Assembly: GCF_004296535.1 (NCBI RefSeq)
Contig: NZ_AP018159.1
Coordinates: 150,001-182,000, forward strand
DNA: 32,000 nucleotides
Direction: 5' to 3'
Source of the DNA: Candidatus Saccharimonadota bacterium
Lineage (GTDB): Bacteria > Pseudomonadota > Gammaproteobacteria > Enterobacterales > Enterobacteriaceae
The position numbers and the translations under genes are program-made. The notes under the pieces are model-generated. The model had not been told where the DNA came from. It ran no database searches and saw only the letters and a list, made by a program, of their open reading frames with translations. Below are positions 20,226 to 29,382 of the stretch, piece by piece; positions within the stretch are counted from its first letter, which is position 1; every line of letters starts with the position of its first letter.

Positions 20226-21548
20226 TTATAAAAATTTTTTATTATTTATAGATGAATTTTTTCTTTGTAACTTCATTAATATAATAAATTTTTTTTTATC
20301 AAATTTTATATTTTTATATTTTAGATATTTTTCTATAAAAAATATAGGTAATCCATATGTATCATGTAATTTAAATATAAAATCTCCATTTAAAAAAATA
20401 TTATCATTTTTTTTTATTTTGTTATTTAATATTTTTATTCCATTTTTTAATATATTTAAAAATTTTGATTCTTCTATTAAAATAATATTTTTAATATTAT
20501 CTATATTATTAAAATCTTTTTTATAAAAAAACATTATATTAATAACAGGTTCTACTAATTTATATAAAAACTTTTCATTAATACCAGCAAAAATCCCATA
20601 ACATATAGCTCTTCTTATTATTTTTCTTAATATATATCCTCTTCCTTCATTAGAAGGATATATATTTTCATTTATTATAAATATTATAGATCTTATATGA
20701 TCAGATATAACTTTTAAAGATATATAGTTATTATTTATATTAACAAATAAATTTAAATTTAATATTTCATTAATTATTTTATTAAAAACGTCTATTTTAT
20801 AACTAGAATCAACCTGTTGTATAACAGATGAAATTCTTTCTAAACCAATTCCTGTATCTATAGATTTATATGGTAAATTAATTAATTTATCATTTCTTAA
20901 TAAATTAAATTGTATAAATACGATATTACATATTTCTAAACTATCTTTAATAAGATTTTTAGATTTTTTCAAATTATAATCATTAATATATAATATTTCA
21001 GTACTTGTACCACATAAACCATAATTTGACATTTTCCAAAAATTGTCTGAATATGATATATTTTTACTACTTCCTATTTTAAATATATTATTTTTATTTA
21101 TTCCTAAACTTAACCATATTTTATAAGATTCATCATCAATATTATGAACAGTAATTATTAAATTATTTCTTGAAATATTAAACCATTTAGATCCTGTAAT
21201 TAATTCAAATATTAAACAAATAGATTCTTTTTTAAAATAACCATTAAAACTAAAATTTCCTAACATTTCAAAAAATGTATGATGATAATTACTATAACCT
21301 ATTTGATCTAAATCATTATGTTTACCACCAACTCTAAGACATTTTTGTATCGTAATAACATTTTTATTTTGAAATTTTTTATTTCCTAATAATTTTTTTT
21401 TAAATTGACTTATACCAGAATTTGTAAATAATATACTATTATCATTATAAGGAATTATAGAACTACCATTAATTAAAATATGATTATTAAATTTAAAAAA
21501 ATTTATAAATATATTTCTTATTTCATCAAGGGATTTTATGTAATTCAT
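20226..21548 (-). CDS. alaS: Alanine--tRNA ligase, catalytic (aminoacylation) core only; editing and C-terminal domains absent
   Basis: The N-terminal 440 aa align with AlaRS (FTNSGISQFK, CLRVGGKHNDLDQIGYSNYHHTFFEMLGNFSF, HDTYGLP...NIKFDKKKF). The stop lies only about 12-27 nt from csrA, so there is no room for the ~430 missing residues. Confidence 0.92.
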   Translation of the reverse strand: MNYIKSLDEIRNIFINFFKFNNHILINGSSIIPYNDNSILFTNSGISQFKKKLLGNKKFQNKNVITIQKCLRVGGKHNDLDQIGYSNYHHTFFEMLGNFSFNGYFKKESICLIFELITGSKWFNISRNNLIITVHNIDDESYKIWLSLGINKNNIFKIGSSKNISYSDNFWKMSNYGLCGTSTEILYINDYNLKKSKNLIKDSLEICNIVFIQFNLLRNDKLINLPYKSIDTGIGLERISSVIQQVDSSYKIDVFNKIINEILNLNLFVNINNNYISLKVISDHIRSIIFIINENIYPSNEGRGYILRKIIRRAICYGIFAGINEKFLYKLVEPVINIMFFYKKDFNNIDNIKNIILIEESKFLNILKNGIKILNNKIKKNDNIFLNGDFIFKLHDTYGLPIFFIEKYLKYKNIKFDKKKFIILMKLQRKNSSINNKKFL

Positions 21549-21608
21549 ATTATATTTTTTATAATTTTAACATTTATTTATCGTTATTTTTTTTAATTAA
21601 AGCATCTT

Positions 21609-22571
21609 TTATTTTTTTTCTATATCATTATAAATATCTAATCTAGATTTTAAAAAATTACATGCATTAATTTTTCCTTGCCCTAAACTTTTTTCATTAT
21701 AACTATACCAAGATCCAGATTTTAAAATAAAATTATTTTGTACTCCTAAATCTATTATTTCACCATATCTATTTATACCATGTCCATATATTATTTCAAA
21801 TTCTGCTTGCTTAAATGGTGAAGAAATTTTATTTTTAACTACTTTTACTCTAGTTTCATTTCCTATTATTAATTCTACATTTTTTACAAATCCAATTCTT
21901 CTTATATCTAATCTTATAGATGAATAAAATTTTAATGCATTACCTCCAGTAGTTGTTTCAGAACTTCCAAAAGTTACTCCAATTTTCATTCTTATTTGAT
22001 TAACAAATATTAATAATGTATTAGAATTTTTTAAATTACCAGCTAATTTTCTCATAGCTTGGCTCATCATTCTTGCAGTTATTCCTATATGTGAATCTCC
22101 TATTTCTCCTTCTATTTCAGCTTTTGGAACTAATGCTGCTACAGAATCTACAACTATTACATCTACAGCTTTAAATTTAGTTAATAAATTACATATTTCT
22201 AATGCTTGTTCTCCAGTATCAGGTTGAGAACATAATAAATTATTAATATCAACCCCTATTCTTTTTGCATATATAGGGTCTAAAGCATGTTCCGCATCTA
22301 TAAAAGCACAAATTTTATTATTTTTTTGAGCTTCTGCTATAATTTGAAGAGTTAAAGTAGTTTTACCAGAAGATTCAGGTCCATATATTTCTACTATTCT
22401 TCCTAAAGGCAAACCTCCAGCCCCTAAAGCTATATCTAAACTAATAGATCCTGTAGAAATAGTTTCTATATCCATAGTTTTATCTTCTCCTAATTTCATT
22501 ATAGAACCTTTTCCAAATTGTTTTTCTATATGATCAAGTGCTATTGATAATAATTTTTCTTTGTCTTCCAT
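21609..22571 (-). CDS. recA: Recombinase RecA (lacks the C-terminal acidic tail)
   Basis: Walker [13 protein letters not shown], then [28 protein letters not shown] and NQIRMKIGV. 320 aa, ending just after the ...DIEKK block. Confidence 0.97.
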   Translation of the reverse strand: MEDKEKLLSIALDHIEKQFGKGSIMKLGEDKTMDIETISTGSISLDIALGAGGLPLGRIVEIYGPESSGKTTLTLQIIAEAQKNNKICAFIDAEHALDPIYAKRIGVDINNLLCSQPDTGEQALEICNLLTKFKAVDVIVVDSVAALVPKAEIEGEIGDSHIGITARMMSQAMRKLAGNLKNSNTLLIFVNQIRMKIGVTFGSSETTTGGNALKFYSSIRLDIRRIGFVKNVELIIGNETRVKVVKNKISSPFKQAEFEIIYGHGINRYGEIIDLGVQNNFILKSGSWYSYNEKSLGQGKINACNFLKSRLDIYNDIEKK

Positions 22572-22674
22572 AAAATATTTTATTTTATTTTGTATTTATA
22601 ATTTTTAAATTTATACAACTATATATATTATATAAATTTTTTATTATAAAATTTAAATATTTTTTATATTTTAT

Positions 22675-23676
22675 TTAAGAAATGGAATCTATATCTAATT
22701 TATCAATTTTATAAATTTTTAATAAATTAATTATATAAGATAAATCATAATTAGATATTAATATAGAAAATAAAAATTTTTTATTTAACAAAAATTTTAT
22801 AATATTATTTAACTTTAAATTATGTTTTAAAGAAAAAAAATCATTTATTATTAATAAAGTACATTTATTATACTCTAATTTATTAAAAAATAAATTTATA
22901 TCGTTTATATTTGAAATTAATTCTACCAATAGATAATTCTTTTTATAAATATTATTTTTATAAATAAATATATTTTCGCTAAAAAATAGTATTTTTTCTA
23001 TCATGAAATTATTTTTTATTTTATTTAAAATCATCGATTTTGTAATATTTATAAAATTAAAATAACTAATATTAATTTTAAAATAATTAACATTAATTAC
23101 ACTTAAAACATTTAAATTATATTTTTTAAAAAAAGAAGTATATTTATTATTTTTTAAAATACAATTTTTGCTAAAATTTATAATTATAATATTTTTTATG
23201 GAAATAAAAATATACTTATTAAATATAAAAAATAAATCTTTTATTATTTTTTTAAATTTTAAAAAATAATTATTATGTATAATATATAATTCAATTATAA
23301 TATTAAAATTATTTCTTTTTATAAGTTCTAAATTTATAAATAATGATGATATATTTAAATTATATTTATCAAAATTTAAAGGAATGCCATTTACTAAAAT
23401 AATATTATTATTATTTTTTTTAAAATTTGAAATAATATTTTCTGTCTTTTTATTTAAAAGATTAAAATTTATAAAATTAAGATTATTATTTAAATTTAAA
23501 TATTTTATATTTAAACTATTTTTTTTTTTTATATATTTTATACTGTTATTTTTTTTTTTAAAATTTATATCTATTAAATTAAATTTTTTATATTTTAAAT
23601 TATCTAAATTTTTAATAAAAGTAATAAAAAAAGAAAAAAAATTTTTCGTAGGAACTATTAAATATAATTTATTCAT
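22675..23676 (-). CDS. Hypothetical protein, 333 aa, Asn/Lys/Ile/Phe-rich, no recognisable motif
   Basis: A 1002-nt open frame in roughly 85% AT DNA, where TAA-type stops are frequent, is very unlikely by chance. It is co-oriented and tightly packed between dnaJ (23-nt gap) and recA. I recognise no family motif: only one Gly, two Pro, and no TM-like segment. Confidence 0.55.
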   Translation of the reverse strand: MNKLYLIVPTKNFFSFFITFIKNLDNLKYKKFNLIDINFKKKNNSIKYIKKKNSLNIKYLNLNNNLNFINFNLLNKKTENIISNFKKNNNNIILVNGIPLNFDKYNLNISSLFINLELIKRNNFNIIIELYIIHNNYFLKFKKIIKDLFFIFNKYIFISIKNIIIINFSKNCILKNNKYTSFFKKYNLNVLSVINVNYFKINISYFNFINITKSMILNKIKNNFMIEKILFFSENIFIYKNNIYKKNYLLVELISNINDINLFFNKLEYNKCTLLIINDFFSLKHNLKLNNIIKFLLNKKFLFSILISNYDLSYIINLLKIYKIDKLDIDSIS

Positions 23677-23699
23677 AAAATTTATAAAAAATAAAATAA

Positions 23700-24797
23700 T
23701 TAAAAAAATTTTTTTATACTATCTATAAAACTTTTAAATTTATAATTATTACTACTAATATTTTGCGAATCTGATAAACTTTTACCAAATTCATATATTA
23801 ATTTTTTTTGATAATCATTTAAATTAATAGGAGTTTCAACTATTATTTTACAAATTAAATCTCCTTGATTATAATTTCTATGATTATATACTCCTTTCCC
23901 TTTTATTTTTAAAAGTTTTCCACTTTGCGTTTCTTTTGGAATTTTTATTTTTATTTTTCCATCAAATGTAGGAATACATATTTCACCACCTAAAGAAGCT
24001 ATAGAAAAATTTATTGGAACATCACAATATAAATCATCTTTTTCTCTTTTAAAAATGGAATGATTTTTAACAAAAATTTTTATATAAATATTGTCTAAAT
24101 TAAATTTAGATAAATTTATTTGATCGCCATTGTTAATACCTGATGGTATTTTTATATTTAAAATTTTTTCTACTTCACATTCACCACTTCCATTACATTT
24201 TTTACATGGATTTTTTATTATTTTTTTATTACCATTGCAATTACTACAAATTTGTTGAATTATAAAAAATCCTTGTTTAATTTGCATTTTTCCTGATCCT
24301 TTACAAGTTGGACATGTAATAGGAAAAGATCCATCTTTTGAACCTTTTCCATTACATACAAAACATGTATCATTAATTAAAACTTTTATAGATTTTTCAA
24401 CACCTTTAATTGATTCTTCAAAAGTTATTTCTAAACTATAAAATATATTTTCTTTTTTTTTATTATTTTTATTTTTATTATTGAAAAAATCTCCAAAAAT
24501 ATCACCAAAAATATCACCAAAACCAGAGTTAAAATTATAAGAAAAATTTTGATCATATGATTCTTGATTTTCTTCAAAAGCTGAATGACCATATTTATCA
24601 TATAAGTTTCTTTTTTTATGATCTATAAGAGTTTCATAAGCTTCTTTTATTTCTTTAAATTTTAATTCACAATTTTTATCTCCTAAATTTTTATCAGGAT
24701 GAAATTTTATAGCTAATTTTTTATAAGCTGTTTTAATCTCTTTATCAGTTGAATTTTTATCAATACCTAAAATTTTATAATAATCTAATTTACTCAT
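23700..24797 (-). CDS. dnaJ: Molecular chaperone DnaJ
   Basis: J domain DYYKILGI...KFHPDKN, a G/F segment FGDIFGDIFGDFF, and four Cys-repeat zinc-finger units (CFVCNGKG, CPTCKGSG, CSNCNGNK, CKKCNGSG). Confidence 0.96.
   Translation of the reverse strand: MSKLDYYKILGIDKNSTDKEIKTAYKKLAIKFHPDKNLGDKNCELKFKEIKEAYETLIDHKKRNLYDKYGHSAFEENQESYDQNFSYNFNSGFGDIFGDIFGDFFNNKNKNNKKKENIFYSLEITFEESIKGVEKSIKVLINDTCFVCNGKGSKDGSFPITCPTCKGSGKMQIKQGFFIIQQICSNCNGNKKIIKNPCKKCNGSGECEVEKILNIKIPSGINNGDQINLSKFNLDNIYIKIFVKNHSIFKREKDDLYCDVPINFSIASLGGEICIPTFDGKIKIKIPKETQSGKLLKIKGKGVYNHRNYNQGDLICKIIVETPINLNDYQKKLIYEFGKSLSDSQNISSNNYKFKSFIDSIKKFF
24489..24524. repeat. Three tandem copies of a 12-nt unit (atcaccaaaaat, with 1-2 mismatches) inside dnaJ
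   Basis: atctccaaaaat/atcaccaaaaat/atcaccaaaacc encodes the G/F-region repeat FGDIFGDIFGDF on the minus strand. Confidence 0.7.
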
Positions 24798-24820
24798 ATT
24801 TTTTTAAAAATATTTTTATT

Positions 24821-26746
24821 TTATTTTTTAACTTCTTCAAAATCAATATCATCGGCAGTATTACTATTTTCTTTTATATTTTTATTATTATCATTATTAA
24901 AATTATTGCTATTAATATCATCAGATTTATTTAAATCTTGTGATAAATTTATCATTTTACTTGATAAGTTTATAACTAATCTAATGTTTTTTTCTATTTC
25001 ACTTTTATCATCATTTTTCATAGAATTTTCTAAATCTAAAATAGATTTTTCAATATTTTCTATATCTTCTGATGACATTTTATCTTTAACTTCAGATAAT
25101 TGTTTTTTTGTACTATGCAATATTTGATCTCCTTGATTTTTAATTTGAGTTAATTCTTCAAATTTTTTATCTAATTCTTCATTTTCTTCGGCTTCTTTAA
25201 TCATTTTTTTGATTTCTTGTTCATTTAATCCAGAAGAAGATTGTATAGTTATTTTTTGTTCTTTACCACTATTTTTATCTTTAGCAGAAACATGTAATAT
25301 ACCATCAGAATTTATATCAAATGTAACTTCTATCTGAGGTATTCCTCTCATAGCAGGTAATATACCATCTAAATTAAATTGACCTAATGATTTATTATCA
25401 ATTGATCTTTTTCTTTCTCCTTGTAAAACATGTATTGTAACTGCTGATTGATTATCTTCTGCTGTAGAAAATACTTGGCTATGTTTAGTTGGAATAGTTG
25501 TATTTTTTGCTATTAAAGTAGTCATAACTCCACCCATAGTTTCTATTCCTAATGATAAAGGAGTTACATCTAATAATAATAAATCTTTAACATCTCCTGA
25601 TAAAACTCCTCCTTGTATAGCAGCTCCTATTGCTACAGCTTCATCTGGATTAATATCTTTTTTAACTTCTTTATTAAAAAATTTAGATACTTTTTCCTGA
25701 ACAAGAGGCATTCTAGTTTGACCTCCAACTAAAACAATTTCATTTATATTTTCTATTGATAAATTAGAATCTTTAATGGCTAATTTAACTGGATTCATTG
25801 TTTTATCTATTAAACTTTCAACTAATGATTCTAATTTAGATTTAGTAATTTTATAAACCATATGTTTTGGACCTGAAGAATCAGATGTTATATATGGTAA
25901 ATTTATTTCTGTTTGTTTAGATGATGATAATTCTATTTTTGCTTTTTCTGAAGCATCTTTTAATCTTTGCATTGCTAAAGGATCTGATTTTAAATCTATA
26001 CCATAATCTTTTTTAAATTCATTAACTAAATAATTTATTATAACATTATCAAAATCTTCACCTCCTAAATGAGTATCTCCATTTGTTGATAAAACTTCAA
26101 AAGTTTTTTCACCATCAACTTCATCTATTTCTATTATTGAAATATCAAATGTTCCTCCTCCTAAATCGTATACAGCTATAATAGAATTTCCTGTTTTTTT
26201 ATCTAATCCATATGCTAAAGCAGCAGCAGTAGGTTCATTAATTATTCTTTTTACATCTAGACCTGCTATTCTACCAGCATCTTTAGTTGCTTGTCTTTGA
26301 GAATCATTAAAATAAGCTGGAACAGTTATAACAGCTTGATTAACAATTTCTCCTAAATAATCTTCAGCAGTTTTTTTCATTTTTTTTAATATTTCTGCTG
26401 AAATTTGTTGAGGAGCTATTTTTTTATTATTAATTTCTATCCAAGCGTCTCCATTATCAGAAGAAACAATTTTATATGGCATTATATTAATATCTTTTTT
26501 AATTTCTTCATCATTGAATTTTCTTCCTATTAATCTTTTAATAGCAAATAAAGTATTTTTTGGATTTGTTACAGATTGTCTTTTAGCTGGTTGACCAACT
26601 AATATTTCACCATTATCCATATAAGCAACAATTGAAGGTGTTGTTCTGTTACCTTCATTATTTTCTATAACTTTAGGTTTAGAATTTTCTATTATAGAAA
26701 CACAAGAATTAGTAGTTCCTAAATCTATTCCTATTATTTTATTCAT
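24821..26746 (-). CDS. dnaK: Molecular chaperone DnaK (Hsp70)
   Basis: [36 protein letters not shown]-terminal ...DFEEVKK. 641 aa. Confidence 0.99.
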   Translation of the reverse strand: MNKIIGIDLGTTNSCVSIIENSKPKVIENNEGNRTTPSIVAYMDNGEILVGQPAKRQSVTNPKNTLFAIKRLIGRKFNDEEIKKDINIMPYKIVSSDNGDAWIEINNKKIAPQQISAEILKKMKKTAEDYLGEIVNQAVITVPAYFNDSQRQATKDAGRIAGLDVKRIINEPTAAALAYGLDKKTGNSIIAVYDLGGGTFDISIIEIDEVDGEKTFEVLSTNGDTHLGGEDFDNVIINYLVNEFKKDYGIDLKSDPLAMQRLKDASEKAKIELSSSKQTEINLPYITSDSSGPKHMVYKITKSKLESLVESLIDKTMNPVKLAIKDSNLSIENINEIVLVGGQTRMPLVQEKVSKFFNKEVKKDINPDEAVAIGAAIQGGVLSGDVKDLLLLDVTPLSLGIETMGGVMTTLIAKNTTIPTKHSQVFSTAEDNQSAVTIHVLQGERKRSIDNKSLGQFNLDGILPAMRGIPQIEVTFDINSDGILHVSAKDKNSGKEQKITIQSSSGLNEQEIKKMIKEAEENEELDKKFEELTQIKNQGDQILHSTKKQLSEVKDKMSSEDIENIEKSILDLENSMKNDDKSEIEKNIRLVINLSSKMINLSQDLNKSDDINSNNFNNDNNKNIKENSNTADDIDFEEVKK

Positions 26747-26803
26747 AATTAAATTACCTATAAATATTTTTTTTGAAAAAAATTATAAATTTATTTTTTA
26801 TTT

Positions 26804-26827
26804 TTTTTTTTTTAATTAAAAAAAAAA
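26804..26827. repeat. Perfect A/T-only palindrome T10-AATT-A10 (the T run extends to 13 nt from 26801)
   Basis: Read directly: tttttttttttttaattaaaaaaaaaa in the dnaK upstream spacer. Confidence 0.6.
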
Positions 26828-27042
26828 TATATTTATATACAAAAATTATCTTAATAAATTTAAAATATATTAAATATATTAGAATGTTAAAATATATAAA
26901 ATATTATTTTTTATTAAAAATTTAAATATAAATTAATCATTTGTTATTTATTTTACATGTATTATTTATAAAATTATATAATATATTTTAAAAAATATAT
27001 ACAATATATATTATAAAATAAATAATATAAAATTTTTATATT

Positions 27043-29304
27043 TTATTTTTTTTTTATATTAAATATTTTATTAAAATATTTTACTATAATATTATGATGA
27101 GGACATAAAAAATTATTATTTAATGCTTCTTCATTATCAATTATTATTGGTATAATTTTTTTATTATGTTCAGAACATATTATATTTCCATATTCATCAA
27201 TATTAACATAATATATATTTTTTAATTCTTTAAAATAAAAAGATTCCGGAAAACTATATTTTATATATTCTTCATATATTTTCATTGATCCAGAAGATCC
27301 ACTTAAATAAGTAGTACAATTATTGTCTCTTCCTATCCAAATTATACACATTTCATTATTATCTGATCCTATAAACCAACTATCTACAAAATTATTTGTT
27401 GTTCCAGTTTTGCCTAATAAAACTAAATCTTTATTTTTATTAAGATTTTTTGCAGTTCCTTCTTCAATTATTTTTTTCATACAATACATTATTAAATATG
27501 AGTGTTCTTCAGAAAATATATTATTTTCTTTTCTAATTTGATTTTGAAAATTATATTTAATATCTTTTTTATCTATTAAAAAAGATATAGAATTTAATTC
27601 AACAATATTGCCATAATTAAAAATTGATTGATAAATTTGAGATATATTTATTAAATTTAAACCTATAGATCCTAAAAATATAGAGGGATATTTTTTTATA
27701 TCAATATTATAATCATTTAATATTAATTTTATAAAATTTATAATATTATCTATTCCAACACTAAATCCTATATTTATTACAGGTATATTTAATGAATGAA
27801 TTAAACTATCTATAAATATTACTTTTTCTTTAAAATTATTATTTAAGTTTTTTGGTATCCATATTTTTTTTCCATCATTATAAATAACATTTTTATTATC
27901 TATTAATGAATTTAATTTATATTTTTTTTTAATTAATGATAATAAATATATTATTGGCTTTATAATAGATCCTATGTTTCTATTTATGTAGATTCTATTA
28001 TATCCAAATTTATTATCAAAAGATCCTATAGAACATTTTATATTACCATTCTTAAAATCTGTTATTAACATAGATATTTCTAAATCTTTAATTTTTGTTT
28101 TTTCTCTTAAATTAGATAATATTTTTTTACATGATATTTTTGAAGAATTTTGACTTAGTAAATCAAAATTACTAAAAATATATTTAAAATCATAAAAATT
28201 TTTATTAAGTTTTTTTATTTCATTTTTAATAATATCTAAATAAGAATAATTTATATATATATTATAATTATTCAATATAATATCTTTACTAATTAATTTA
28301 TCAAATAAGTAATTATCTATTAAATTTTTATCTTTCATTTTTTTAAAAATAAAATTTCTTCTATCAATTATTATTTTTTTATTTTTATAAGGATTATATA
28401 ATGAAGGACCTTTTATCATACTTACTAAAATAACTTGTTCATTTAAATCTAATTCATCTATATTTTTACCAAAATAAAATAAACTAGCCAATGGAAAACC
28501 ATATATATTATTATTATTAATATTTCCAAAAAATATTTTATTTAAATAAAATTCTAATATATAATCTTTTTTATATTTATTTTCTATAATTAAAGATATT
28601 AAAATTTCATTAAATTTTCTAATAAAATTTTTATTATAATAATTAAAAAAAATATTTTTTACCAATTGTTGCGTTATAGTACTTCCACCTTGAACTATTT
28701 TTCTATTTTTAATGTTTTTTATCACAGACCTTAATATAGAATTTATGTTTATTCCTTTATGAAAAAAAAAATTCTCATCTTCTACTAAAAGTATTATTTT
28801 TATTAAAGAGTCAGGAAAATCTGTTATAAATTTATATAAATAAAAATTATTATTTAAATTTGAAAAATATATTATTTGAGGCTCTATTTGAAAATTTTTA
28901 ATTTCTTTATTTATATCTAAATTAATTATGTTTAATATTTTATTATTATTAAAATTTATTAAAAATTTTGCTTTTTTAATATAATTATCAAAAGAATAAA
29001 ATGATCTTCTAAATATAAATATTCTATTTTTTTCTAAAATATAATTTCCTGATTCATATAATTTGTCAGATTCTTTATATCTAGATAATTCCAGAATTTT
29101 TAAAAATTTATTTATATTAAAATTATTATTAATATCAATATCAATTATTTTACTAAATATCGTTGGAGAATTTTCATTAAAATTATAAAAATTATTTTTA
29201 ATAAAATTACTTAAAATATATATATATACTAATGGTATAGTTAATAAAAATAAAATTAATACTATTATTTTAGTAACTTTATTTTTCATAATATTTTTTT
29301 TCAT
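27043..29304 (-). CDS. mrcB: Bifunctional class A penicillin-binding protein (glycosyltransferase + transpeptidase), PBP1b-like
   Basis: N-terminal TM helix (IIVLILFLLTIPLVYIYIL), then ~140 aa before the GT51 motifs EDENFFFHKG, GGSTITQQLVKN, RKFNE, KDYILEFYLN. Transpeptidase motifs are SIIK (SxxK), SLN (SxN) and KTGTTNNFVDSWFIG (KTG). GGSTxTQQLVKN and KTGTTNN.VD.WF resemble PBP1b more than PBP1a. Confidence 0.85.
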   Translation of the reverse strand: MKKNIMKNKVTKIIVLILFLLTIPLVYIYILSNFIKNNFYNFNENSPTIFSKIIDIDINNNFNINKFLKILELSRYKESDKLYESGNYILEKNRIFIFRRSFYSFDNYIKKAKFLINFNNNKILNIINLDINKEIKNFQIEPQIIYFSNLNNNFYLYKFITDFPDSLIKIILLVEDENFFFHKGININSILRSVIKNIKNRKIVQGGSTITQQLVKNIFFNYYNKNFIRKFNEILISLIIENKYKKDYILEFYLNKIFFGNINNNNIYGFPLASLFYFGKNIDELDLNEQVILVSMIKGPSLYNPYKNKKIIIDRRNFIFKKMKDKNLIDNYLFDKLISKDIILNNYNIYINYSYLDIIKNEIKKLNKNFYDFKYIFSNFDLLSQNSSKISCKKILSNLREKTKIKDLEISMLITDFKNGNIKCSIGSFDNKFGYNRIYINRNIGSIIKPIIYLLSLIKKKYKLNSLIDNKNVIYNDGKKIWIPKNLNNNFKEKVIFIDSLIHSLNIPVINIGFSVGIDNIINFIKLILNDYNIDIKKYPSIFLGSIGLNLINISQIYQSIFNYGNIVELNSISFLIDKKDIKYNFQNQIRKENNIFSEEHSYLIMYCMKKIIEEGTAKNLNKNKDLVLLGKTGTTNNFVDSWFIGSDNNEMCIIWIGRDNNCTTYLSGSSGSMKIYEEYIKYSFPESFYFKELKNIYYVNIDEYGNIICSEHNKKIIPIIIDNEEALNNNFLCPHHNIIVKYFNKIFNIKKK

Positions 29305-29382
29305 TAATTATTTTTATATAATATAGTAAATGATTAAATATTATATATATTTATATAAAATTATATCTTATTTTAAATATCG

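Noticed and set aside
23384-23728. 114-aa ORF on the + strand, antisense to the orphan ORF and the dnaJ 3' end
   Set aside because: Same poly-T-driven artefact (FFFLKF... strings). It crosses a gene boundary and has no independent support.
26747-27042. Hidden ncRNA (tmRNA, RNase P RNA, 4.5S, CsrB-like) or small ORF in the long dnaK-mrcB spacer
   Set aside because: There is no GC-enriched segment, although the tRNAs in this genome keep about 40-50% GC. I found no GGA repeats, and the only ORF I read from an ATG in the spacer (at 26884) is 13 codons long.
29305-29382. Divergent strand switch (mrcB on -, tyrS on +) after a 29-kb co-oriented block, considered as a possible replication origin
   Set aside because: There are no DnaA boxes. 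The spacer is only 78 nt, and folD returns to the minus strand 1.6 kb later. Strand composition here is dominated by coding-strand A-richness, so skew cannot be judged from one window.
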